Source: Mobula hypostoma
Lineage: Eukaryota
Direction of reading: 5' to 3'
Assembly (NCBI RefSeq): GCF_963921235.1
Contig: NC_086118.1
Location: 26,910,001-26,974,000 of the forward strand
DNA length: 64,000 nt
Part shown: piece after piece, positions 49,626 to 61,254 of the stretch
Numbering within the stretch: the first letter of the stretch is position 1
Layout: each line of letters opens with the position of its first letter
Made by a program: the position numbers and the translations under genes
Notes under the pieces: model-generated
Database searches by the model: none
Told to the model about the DNA's origin: nothing
The model's input: the letters and a program-made list of their open reading frames with translations, nothing else

Positions 49626-50946
49626 CAATCTATGTTCCAAACCTATTCTGGTATCTGTCCCCCACTTTTCCTTCGCTACATCGACGACTGCATTGGCGCT
49701 GCCTCCTGCACGCATGCTGAGCTCGTTGACTTTATTTACTTTGCCTCCAACTTTCACCCTGCCCTCAAGTTTACCTAGTCCATTTCTGACACCTCCCTCC
49801 CCTTTCTAGATCTTTCTGTCTATCTCTGGAAACAGCTTATCTACTGATGTCTACTATAAGCCTACTGACTCTCATAGCTATCTGGACTATTCCTCTTCTC
49901 ACCCTGTCTCTTGCAAAAACGCCATCCACTTCTCGCAATTCCTCCGTCTCCGCCGCATCTGCTCTCAGGATGAGGCTTTTCATTCCAGGACGAGGGAGAT
50001 GTCCTCCTTTTTTAAAGAAAGGGGCTTCCCTTCCTCCACCATCAACTCTGCTCTCAAACGCATCTCCCCCATTTCACGTACATCTGCTCTCACTCCATCC
50101 TCCCGCCACCCCACTAGGAATAGGGTTTTCCTTGTTATCACCTCCAACGGGATCCCACCGCTAAGCACATCTTTCCCTCCCCACCTCTCTGCTTTCCGCA
50201 GGGATCGCTCCCTAAACGACTCCCTTGTCCATTCGTCCCCACCCCCCCATCCCTCCCCACCGATCTCCCTCCTGGCACTTATCCTTGTAAGCAGAACAAG
50301 TGCTACACATGCCCTTACACTTCCTCCCTCACCACCATTCAGGGCCCCAGACAGTCCTTCCAGGTGAGTCGACACTTCACCTGTGAGTCGGCTGGGGTGA
50401 TATACTGCGTCCAGTGCTCCCGATGTGGCCTTCTATATATTGGTGAGACCCGACGCAGACTGGGAGATCGTTTCGCCGAACACCTATGCTCTGTCTGCCA
50501 GAGAAAGCAGGATCTCCCAGTGGCCACACATTTTAATTCCACGTCCCATTCCCATTCTGATATGTCTATCCACGGCCTCCTCTACTATAAAGATGAAGCC
50601 ACACTCAGGTTGGAGGAACGACACCTTATATTCCGTCTGGGTAGCCTCCAACCTGATGGCATGAACATTGACTTCTCAAACTTCCGCTAATGCCCCACCT
50701 TCCCCTCGTACCCCATCCGTTATTTATTTATATACACACATTCTTTTTCTCTCTCTCCTTTTTCTCCCTCTGTCCCTCTGACTATACCCTTTGCCCATCC
50801 TCTGGATGGGCAGGACAGGACAGAAGGGTCTCGGCCCGAAACATCGACTGTACCTCTTCCTCGAGATGCTGCCTGGCCTGCTGCGTTCACCAGCAACTTT
50901 GATGTGTGTTGCTGGAATTTCCAGCATCTGCAGAATTCCTCATGTT
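49626..50946 (+). mobile_element. Penelope-like retroelement, 5'-truncated: RT C-half, GIY-YIG endonuclease and partial pseudo-LTR
   Basis: FLRYIDDCIG, LPFLDL, YYKPTDSHSYLDYSSSHP and SQFLRLRRICS. ORF 50364-50690 reads FTCESAGVIYCVQCSRCGLLYIGETRRRLGDRFAEH...GMN. Confidence 0.95.
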
Positions 50947-51119
50947 TAAGAGATGGATCAAGTGTCCATTTTACCATGCAAGTGGTCTGTTCAATAGTTT
51001 TAACAGTGGGATAAGCTGCCTTTGAGCCTGCTGGTACGTATTTTCAGGCGTTTTTAATCTTCTGCCTGTTGGGAGAAGGGAAGAGAGAGAGAGAATGACT
51101 AGTATGGGTGGGGCTTTTA

Positions 51120-51400
51120 GACCATAAGATATTGGAACAGAATTAAGCCATTTGGCCCATTGAGTCTGCTCTGCCATTTCATCATGGCTGATCCATTTTC
51201 TCTCTCAGTCCCAGGCTCCTGCTTTCTCCCCGTATCCCTTAAAGTCGTGACCAATCAAGAATCTATCAACCTCTGCCTTAAATATACCTAATGACCTGGC
51301 CTCCACAGCCGTTTATGGCAATGAATTCCACAAATTCACCACTCTCTGGCTAAAGAAATTCCTCCTCATCTGTGTCTTAAAAGGATGCCCCTCTTTTCTT
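51120..51400 (-). mobile_element. CR1 LINE 3' end
   Basis: ACCATAAGATATTGGAACAGAATTAAGCCATTTGGCCC terminus; FFSQRVVNLWNSLP on the minus strand. Confidence 0.8.
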
Positions 51401-51813
51401 TTGATCATGTTGGCTGCTTTACTGAGGCAGTGATAGGTCTATTTGGAGTCTAGGGAGGGGGAGACTGGTTTTGTAATGTGCTGAGGTGTGTTAATCTTAT
51501 CTTCCTTCGGGGCATTCACTTTGGAATTCGCAGTTGCTCTGAACCAGAGGCTAGTACTGTTCTTTTGTTCCCTTCCCTTCACCTTTCTCTCCATAGATTT
51601 TCTCATTTCTTCCCTATGTTGGCCTCCTTTGTTCTTTACTGTCAGTACTTAACCTCACCTTGTTCACTCCAACCCTTCCAGATACTTGTAATGCATTCAG
51701 AGCTCCTCTAAGCCTCAGTTTGCTGATGTTCCACTCATTTACATAGCTTTGCTTGCAACGTTATCCAAAAATGTGGTGCCAGGTTCTGTGTATCTGAGTG
51801 CCATACAGCTTTA

Positions 51814-52881
51814 CTGTGGCATGCAAAAGTTTGGGCACCCCTGGTCAAAATTTCTGTTACTGTGAATAGCTAAGCGAGTAAAAGATGAACTGATTTCTAA
51901 AAGGCATAAAGTTAAAGATGACACATTTCTTTAACATTTTGAGCAAGAAAACATTTTTATTTCCATCCTTTATAGTTTTAAAATAACAAAAAAGGAAAAG
52001 GGCCCGAAGCAAAATTTTCGGCACCAAAAATAGGCCAAAAAGTTCTATTCAAAAGGTTCAAAGGAACATCTAAACAAGCCTGATGCATTTTGGAAACAAG
52101 TCCTATGGACTGATGAAGTTAAAATAGAACTTTTTGACCGCAATGAGCAAAGGTATGTTTGGAGAAAAAAGGGTGCAGAATTTCATGAAAAGTACCCCCC
52201 CTCCAACTGTTCAGCACGGGGGTGGATCGATCATGCTTTGGGCTTGTGTTGCAGCTAGTGGCACGGGGAACATGTACTGGCAGAGGGAAGAATGAATTCA
52301 ATTAAATACCAGCAAATTCTGGAAGCAAACATCACACCGTCTGTAAAAAAGCCGAAAATGAAAAGAGGATGGCTTCTACAACAGGATAATGATCCTAAAC
52401 TCACCTCAAAATCCACAATGGACTACCTCAAGAGGCGCAAGCTGGAGGTTTTGCCATGGCCCTCACAGTCCCCTGATCTAAACATCATCAAGAATCTGTG
52501 GATAGACCTCAAAAGAGCAGTGCATGCAAGATGGCCCAAGAATCTCACAGAACTAGACGCAAGGAAGAATGGGCGAAAATCCCCCAAACAAGAATTGAAA
52601 GACTCTTAGCTGGCTACAAAAAATGATCACGAGCTGTGATACTTGCCAAAGGGGATGTTACTAAGTACTGCCATGCAGGGTGCCCAAACTTTTGCTTCGG
52701 GCCTTTTTCCTTTTCTGTTATTTTGAAACTGTAAAAGATGGAAATGAAAAAGTTTTCTTGCTTAAAATATTAAAGAAATGTGTCATCGTTAACTTTATGC
52801 CTTTTGGAAATCAGTTCATCTTTTACTCGCTTAGCTATTCACAGTAACAGAAATTTTGACCAAAACTTTTGCATGCCACTG
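51814..52881 (+). mobile_element. Internally deleted Tc1/mariner IR/DR transposon (DD34E type)
   Basis: TA flanks; about 210-bp IRs with direct repeats. Motifs [17 protein letters not shown] and SPDLNIIK (34 residues between the second D and the E position, here E>K). Confidence 0.93.
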
Positions 52882-53169
52882 TATCTTTTCTACAAGTTTT
52901 TCTAAGTTGCCATTCTTCTATGCCATTAATATGCTAACCTGGAATCTAGCCTGGGTAGCCACAATTTATCTTAACTGGAAAAGAGTGCACTCATTATAGC
53001 CTGTGGATATCCTCTGTGATGAGGATCCTGGTTTGCTATGTTTCTTTTTGATAATTAAGCAGTTTTGATATAGTTATTAATATCATCGTCCTCTGGCGGC
53101 TTCTGTCTCTAGTGTCCACGAGTAAGACCACTCTTTGCTTACATTCCAATCTTCATTCACAGTCTAAGA

Positions 53170-53892
53170 TTCAACGTCTAAGACCAAAGAACTGATTGTG
53201 GACTTCAGAAAGGGTAAGATGAGGGAACACACACTAGTCCTCAGAGGGGGACCAGAAGTGACAAGAGTGAGCAATTTCGAGTTCTTGAGTGTCAGTATCT
53301 TCTGAGGATCTATCCTGGGCCCAATATATCGATGCAGCTACACTTCATTAGGAGTTTGAGAAGATTTGTTATGTCACCAAAGATACTCACAAATTTTTAC
53401 AGATGTGTGGAAGGCATTCTAACTGGCTGGATCACTGTCTGGTATTGGGAAGGGGTGGGGAGGGGTGCTGCATAGAATCAAAAGAAGCTGCAAAGAGTTG
53501 TAAACAGTCAGCTCCATAGTATCCAAGATGCCTTCAAGCAGCGATGCCTTAAAAAGGCAGCATCCATCATTAAGGATGCACATCACCCTGGTCATGCCTT
53601 GTTCTCTTTGCTACCATCAGGAAGGAGGTACAGAAGCCTGAAGACACACACTCAATGATTCAGGAACGGCTTCTTCCCCTCTGGCAACCAATTTCTGAAC
53701 GGACATTAAATCCATGAACACTACCTCAATACTTTATTATTTCTATTTTTTGCACTTCTTATTTAATTTAACTATTTAATATATATATTTACTGTAATTC
53801 ATGTTTTTTCATCTATGATAATGTACTGCTGCCGCAAAGACAGCAAAGTTCATGACGTTTGCTGGTGATATTAAACCTAATTCTGATTCTGA
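53170..53892 (+). mobile_element. Rex1/Babar LINE 3' fragment
   Basis: NVSKTKELIVDFRK and LLPSGRRYRSLK remnants; tail AAACCTAATTCTGATTCTGA. Confidence 0.85.
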
Positions 53893-55843
53893 GTTCAAGA
53901 TATCAACTGAAATAGTTTCTTTTTCTGTGTATCTGGAAAACACCTGAGAATAAATGCTCGAAACTCGAAATAATTTCAGTAACTAGAGAGCCAAGGAAGT
54001 GGAAACAGTGTGTTCACCGCATGGCTTTTAAAGACAAAATGTCAATTTTTCTCCCGTTAGCAATCCCCAGGAATGCTATTTTTAACTCATTCTGGGAGAT
54101 GAGTAGATGAGGTGAATGTAATTTGTAAAGTAAATGTCAATAATCCACTTCACCTGAGTCACCTGTTAACAGAGTACAGATCCAGACACGTCCTGCCAGA
54201 TTAACATAGTTGCCAGCTGCTGTCCGGTAATGAACGTACTGGCATGGGGGATAAAATTACCTGATCATATTTGCAGATCGGTTGAACCAGTGGTAAAACA
54301 CCCGAGATACAATTCTTGTATAATGTAAGCTCAACCTCAATAGTATGCATTAGATGGATCAGCAGAAACCTAAACACAGATTCTAAGAGGTGCAGTGAGT
54401 TGTGACCAGACACGGAAGAATTGTATCGGTCTACAATCTGAAATCTCAAAATCAAAAGTCATCCATCTAGTAGTACAAGGCAGTGAAAAAAAGGCAGGTA
54501 TAGTCTACCATTATAATGCAGTTTTTCTCCTACAAGGACAGCTATCCTTTCCCAAGCTGTTTTTCTCCCCCAGATTGGTGAAAAAGCTTTTTAAAAAGTG
54601 TTATTTTCTACAAATTTTTGTATAATTTTGTAAACCCAGTGAGTGCAGCTGAAATTGCAGTGGTGAGAAGAGTGTATTAATGAGAATTTTAAATATAGTT
54701 TGGTAGAACTAATACTTTGCAAATGATTTGTCCAAAGAAAATTGGTCTTCAATGGGAAGATTTTGCTGGCTTTTGCTTGTTCTTCTGCAGCATTCTTGAC
54801 ACAGGTGCCAACAGCTTTGGGTTTATTGGTCTGATTGTGGAAGTTTGAATGTATTGGCTGTAATCAATACATTTTTTCCTGCTACTAGATTTCATAATGG
54901 GACCTACACATTTCTTTGCCATTCATTTGGGCTTCCAGATCCTGAATCAGCAGTAACATGACTCTTGAATGAGGTTTGTTGGCCTAATGGGAATCAAAGG
55001 AAGAATAATGTTAGTTACATTTCATTTCTTGAAATAATTATTTGAAACTTCTATTAGTTTTCATGCTGCTAAATGATAGACAAATTCAGGACCTAGGTTG
55101 AAAGCTTTGACAGACAGGATAGCTGGTTGTGTGGTTTCGATGTCTACAAAAGGTGTACTGAGAATGTAATGGATAGAGGCCGTCCTATCCTGCACATGGG
55201 ACTTGGTTACTTTGCCTCTTTTCAAAACCTCACTACATGGCTTCAAGCTGATCAGAAAACAAAATCATCCATTTAGATAAATCTGAGAATGGAGAGTGCA
55301 GATAAAGTTCTCTTTGAAGAAAATCAGACTTTTATGTATTACAAGATGTTAGCAGAAATGTGTTGAGATGCATATTGTCAGTTTAGAAGCATCAATGCTG
55401 CATCTCAAATGGCACCAGTGAACTTAAGTGAAAATAGCAAAAAAGTAGCTTTCTGACTGCTTCAGCTGCCTGCCTTTCATCCTGACCTTGGGTAGTGTTT
55501 TAGTGACCCATGCAAATTCTCTCTGTGGGTTTCCTGAAGGTTTGCTGGTAGGTTTGTTCGTAGGTTTGTTGGTTACTGTTAGTTACCATGTAGAATAAGT
55601 TAATGGGAAAAAAAATAAGTAAAAGGGTTGTGAACAGGTATGAAAGAGAATAAATTGCATCATGAATGGGGTGTAGGTACAAGATACTCTGAACTAACTG
55701 CTTTGCATTATCTCAGTCCATTGATTAGTAGTGGTGTCATACGAAGTTTGAAGGTTTTCCTGTTGTTGAATACAAAACTAAGATGATATCATGAACTGCA
55801 CATAAGAGAATTCTGATTTTAGTTTTTTTTTAATTTTTCACAG

Positions 55844-55919
55844 GCTGCACACCAACAAAATGTGGCAGGGCAGTGAAAGACACAGTGGTAAATCGAGAGG
55901 AGGCAGCAAAGATGCTACG
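55844..55919 (+). CDS. OGFOD3: OGFOD3 coding exon 3
   Basis: Polypyrimidine tract and cacag, then GC+CTPTKCGRAVKDTVVNREEAAKML+CG, then donor gtatat. 76 nt, phase 1 matching exon 2. Contains the OGFOD3 motif GCTPxKCGR. Confidence 0.96.
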
Positions 55920-58074
55920 GTATATTTAATTTTTTAAAAATAATAATGTACCAGTAATTAATATCAAAAACTGAGGGAATAAATAGATTGTAAAGGTTGG
56001 TACTATTACTTGTCAGCATGAATATTTGTACTCATTCCAGACTCTCAAACCCTTGTTTGTATGTACAGACTGTGCATGTTGGGCTTTCAGTATTACAAAA
56101 GATTCCAGATTGTTTAGTGTAATTTCCAGTACATAAATGTAAAGGAGAACAAAAAAATTAATATTCTGGACCTGATGCAGCACAAAAGTTCACAATAAGA
56201 TAGAGAGCACAATAAAAAATACAATAAATATAAATACATAAGCTAGCTTATATACATATTTTGATTATATGTGTATATTGTTTTGAAATGAGCAAGGTGC
56301 CATCAGGTGAAATTTAGAAAACTGTGTAATAGATTGGTGAGGAGGTAAAGAATCAAATGTACATTTTGTCAGTAATTGGAAATGAGAAATAGTTGACTGA
56401 ATTACCTTATCCCTCCCCCTCCATTGTCCTTCAACTTCCACTCTGCTTAGTGGGGTGTCTGAAGTCAGCAATTCAATGGATGGCTGCATATTTCTATCCA
56501 ACCAATTTGTCTTTGAAGACCATGAAAATTTAAAGAAGGTAGACAACTATAAAGTAGAAAGCAAAAGTAAAATGGTCATTCAACAGCAATTATTATTTAA
56601 ACAGTATAATTAAAGTAAGCTTACAATTGAATAAATTTGCTTTTTGTGAGACCCTAGATACTGGACAGCAAATTATAAACAGAAACTGATTACGTATAAC
56701 ATGAGCATCAGTACAAGTTCAGTTTTTGGATTTTTAAAAAAATATTTTGTATCTAAGGAGCTTCCTGTTAAGATTATTCACTCGCTCCAGAGTTACATTT
56801 CGAACAATTGTGATGTATTCATTAAGTTAGCATTGATGCCTTTCAAAAACTTCAGTTTCTTAATGCTGCCTGGGAGTTTCTTCAAAGACTGAGTTAGTTG
56901 AAAGCAGGTAGATGTTAGATACCTGAAAACAAAGGTGTTGTCCAGTTACAAAATACATTCTTTTTGTTTATTTTAATATAGAATTTGCATTTTTTTAAAA
57001 TGTTACAAATCGGTAATCCTCACTAAAACCCTGAGAGTAACTGGATGCTTTGGATAACAACTGATTGCAATGTACTTATGTATATTATATTGGAAGATAT
57101 TGGGGGAAAAAAGTAAACTTGTAAATACCTGCTTGAGAAATAAAGGATGTATATGAAGTGTGTATAATATCTGTCTTAAAAATTAATGTCCTGTATCTGT
57201 CATGGAAACAATATATCATAAACTTCCTATGAAAATTATGCAAAATTAATTATCAATATTGCATTATTAATTGAAACTCCTTGCACTTATTCTCTCCAGA
57301 ATGCCATTTGGTTTCAGTGCTGCTTACATGACGCCAGTTGTCCTTTCCTCAACAACTTGAGTCTGAACCTTAGACTTTTCGTCGTGCATGGACTAATTAA
57401 ATCACCATTAGTTCTGCTAACCTCATCAATTCTTCCTGAACAAATTTTGCTGAATCTTTTTAAGATATTTTTGCTAACTTTGAAACTGGATTGGATAACG
57501 TATGAAAATACTGGTTTCTAATTATTCAAATGTCCATTTTTGTGCCGAGCCCTGAAATACTTCTAGAACACAAAGTGAGAAGAACGTTACAGAATTTGTC
57601 ATTTTTGGTTGGATTTTCACAAAGGTGTCCCAATGATCACAGGACTGTACCTTTGTTTCAAACTATAGAAGGTTGACTTGTCTGGAAAAGATTTTAACAA
57701 TCAAACTCTTAACGCTTGGCATTTGGGCTTGTTTTTAAAATTTGTGTCTGTTATTCTAGTTTCTTATCAGTTTTGCAGTACTGGTCCTCCACTGGTTATC
57801 AATGCCTGAGTTGTGTACAGCCTGTATATATCACAAGTGTTTTGGAGACTGGCAGGATGCACTTGACAGTTACAAGCAGTTCACATGAGTGAAAACCTAC
57901 TGTAACTGAGGAGGGTCTGTATATGAATCTGACCAGTGTGGTACCTCAACCATTTTCCTTGTTCTTTTTAGTTTATTCTCTCCAGTTTACTCTTGATTTT
58001 AACCCGATATGAGCTTTGGTGAGGTGGGGTGGGCGGGATAGCGAGTGGAAGAAAACTAACTGCAGGATACTTGT

Positions 58075-58266
58075 AAACACAAGAGATTCTGCATATGCTG
58101 GTCATCCAGAGCAACACACACAAGATGCTGGAGGAACTCAGCAGGTCAGGCAGAGCTTACAGAAATTATTAAACAGTCGACGCTTTGAGCTGAGAGGTCG
58201 ACTGTTTACGTATTTCCATTGCTGCTGACTGATCTGCTGAGTTTCTCCAGTGTTTTGTGTGTGTTA
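58075..58266 (-). mobile_element. Older fold-back Penelope-like mini-element with 12-bp TSD
   Basis: CAGGATACTTGT at 58063-58074 and 58267-58278. Diverged inverted arms centred near 58190 and a tail of about 37 bp. Confidence 0.88.
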
Positions 58267-59247
58267 CAGGATACTTGTTTTGTTTTACTTTTATGAATTA
58301 AATCATTTTCTAAGCTAAAACCATAATTTGATACTGTTCTGGTCATACTGCATATGAAAGTTTGACCTTGTATTTTCATTAAATTAATAATGTTGCTTAG
58401 TAATTACCAGCTGCCTGCATTTGGAGCAGATGTCTTATCTTTTTGATTTCTTACCCCGTAGTGTTTACTTAGTGCTTCTGGTGCTGACAGCTTCATAAAT
58501 TACAGTGCTGTATCTGATTAGCATGTCAAATTAATTATCTACTGTACTGGGGCAGATCAATCATGCTCTTGTTGAACTTTAGGGCAAACTTCAGGGGCCA
58601 ACTGAAGTCCTCCTGAATTCTAAGTGTGGTGTAACCAATGTTTGGTGCAGATTCAGATAACTTCCTACTTTTGAATTCAGTTTCACTGGAACCTAAACCA
58701 TAGTGTCTGTTCTCCTTTTCTAGTCTAGCTAACGTATAGTAGCAATTTAATTGATTGGTGGATTGGTACTTTCCAAGTAATAAATGACCCCTTATTCTAC
58801 TAGCATGCACTACCTTGCATTTTACCTTTATTGTCCATTCTTTAAGTTTATTCCTGCTGTAATTAGTCACCCTCGTTAATACTGACTAGCTCTCGCGATA
58901 TGGTATCACTGGCAAATTTAGAAACTGTCCTTGTAACCTTCTTGATGAGAGAGAGGCTGGAGCAATTTCCACGCTAAACAGTGTTGCATCATTTAACCAA
59001 TGTTACGATCCTTCAAATGGTACCAACCAATGTTATGCTTGCCATGGAGTTTGAATTCCCAGGTAGATCAGATGGAAGTTGGCAGCTTTATGGTTTCAGA
59101 CGCAATAAAACTGAAGATCTGGAATAACTAAAATGGCAATGAAATAACTCATGTAAGGTTTCTTTTGGGTTATCTTTAGAGAATATTGGCATACAGCAGC
59201 TACAAAAGATTGATGGTCAGAAATAATTGAAACATAAGAAATATGTA

Positions 59248-59397
59248 AAGACGAAAACATCTGCTGATGTTGAAGATCCAAAGTAACACACACAAAATGC
59301 TGCGGAATCTCAACAGGTCAGGCAGCATCTGTAGAAATAAACAAACAGTCGACATTTGGGACCGAGACCCTTCTTCAGGACTGAGAAGGAAGGGGGT
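59248..59397 (-). mobile_element. Penelope-like pseudo-LTR fragment
   Basis: Family 3' end. Hammerhead with GAAA changed to CAAA. Imperfect flanking repeat AGAAATATGT / AGAAATTTGT. Confidence 0.8.
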
Positions 59398-59819
59398 AGA
59401 AATTTGTTCTTTAATTATCAAATGAGTGATGTAATCTGACCTATTTGATGCAATTCTCATGGATCAGTTCAAGCATATATGCTGTTGTTGCATGTTTGTC
59501 ACCTTATTACTTACATTGGATTCAATAAAACTACGCTGAGGAATATAAATGTATTTTTTGTAAGGTTAACAATATTAGGCAAATGTGGGTTCAGTTTTTC
59601 GCAATGCATTATGTGAAGGCAGTTGCCTTGACTTTGTCTCCACTGTTAATTTCATATAATCACGTGGAAGTAGAATCCTAGTACTTTGCAAAATTGACCA
59701 TTATAATTGCATGTCCTGGACTACCTTGAAAATAAATTTTGCAGCGTTAGAGATCACTTTGTACTTCACTTCAACTAATCATATATATATCAAATACACA
59801 CACACACACACATATACAC

Positions 59820-59993
59820 CCTCACCTTCCTGCTGTAACTTCTCGTCTTTTTTTCTAGTCCTGATGAAGGGTCTCAGCCCGAAATGTCGACTGTTTATTC
59901 ATTTCCATAGATGTTGCCTGACCTGCCAAGCTCCTCCTGCATTTCGTGTTTTGCTTTGGATTTCCATCATCTGCAGATTTTTCTTGTGTTTGT
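59820..59993 (+). mobile_element. Penelope-like pseudo-LTR fragment
   Basis: Family 3' end GATTTCCATCATCTGCAGATTTTTCTTGTGTTT preceded by the hammerhead motif. Confidence 0.8.
59857..59892 (+). ncRNA. Minimal hammerhead ribozyme, sense to the OGFOD3 pre-mRNA
   Basis: AGUC-CUGAUGA-AGGGUCUCAGCCC-GAAA-UG-UC/GACU. Core intact; the helix III palindrome is altered from ACGU to AUGU. Confidence 0.7.
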
Positions 59994-61254
59994 GATACTA
60001 AATATATAGATACTTTTATGTTTGGTACTTCAATAATTGTGTTGATGGAATATTAAATAGTTTTATTTCCTAATAAATTCCTAATGTAACTCCTTCTTGC
60101 TTGTCACAGTACCCAGCTGTTCAGATCTTGTACAAAAATAACAAGCTAAGCTAAAGAATATGATCCTAAAATGCTAAGCAAAATGTTGAAATTAGTTTAA
60201 GTGAAACTGAATTGGATGTTCAATTATCACGAAGCAACAATCTTGGCAAGGGGCATTTATTCAGAACTATTTTTCAATTCTTCATTGGGATTTGATTTAT
60301 TCAATGATTGAGCCTGTTTAAGATTTTTTTTCTGAAGCTTTTATCCCATTTTTTTCAGATTTCCCTGTCCCTGAAGTTGTTATTTTTACCACATTTTATT
60401 TCAATTAACGTGAGCTTCTGGATAAAATAAATCTGCACATGTTTCTGTTCTTGTAGTTTAATAATTTGTCGGTATTAACATTAGCATAATTTATGAAAGT
60501 AATAAAATTGTTTGTCCTATCTGAAAACAAAAATGGGATTTCTGAAGGGAACAGAAAGTTTTGTTGGTAGTATCAGATAAGGAATATATCTAGTATAAAC
60601 TAAATGGGTTCTGTAGTCAGTTCTCGGGCTAATATTTTTGCTTTCACTCATAGTAGAACACTGCACTTAATGACTTACAAAACCCTTGGCTTTTATGTTG
60701 TCAAAACTTGCATATTGTTTAAAAATTTTTGGAAAACTCAACAGGCCAGGCAACATCAATGAAGAAGCAAGTGTTAATGTCTCCAGTCACTGCTTTTTCA
60801 TAGGAACATGAAAAATAAGGAAACTGATTGAAGTTGTAGAGAATGGGAAGGGGTGGGAAGTACAAATGCAATGACTGTAATGAATGGGAAAGGACAGTTT
60901 GCTGATGTTGCTATCAAAGAGAGGGTAAAGAATACTTGTTAATAATGGCTGATAGATCTAGAGGTGTTGAAATAGAGGGGAAATAGTTGAGAGGAAATAG
61001 AAAGGAGAGAGGAAAAAAAAACAATGCTTCAGATACAAAACAGAGTTGTTGCTGGAAATCTGAAATTCTTAACAGTTGGCATCTATAGAGAGAAACTAAG
61101 TTAATATTATATTTGGATGATACTGCATCAGCGCTGGCCAGCTCAGATCAAATGGAAAAGGCTGATTGTTTGACCCTGTTGAATTCAATATTGATTCCTG
61201 AAAGCTGCATTGTGCTAGACAGAAAACTTGAGTTTGTATTGGATTTTATTGGAA

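Noticed and set aside
21530..55843. Nested single-exon gene such as UTS2R (a neighbour in mammals)
   Set aside because: No long ORF or GPCR-like translation appears in any frame.
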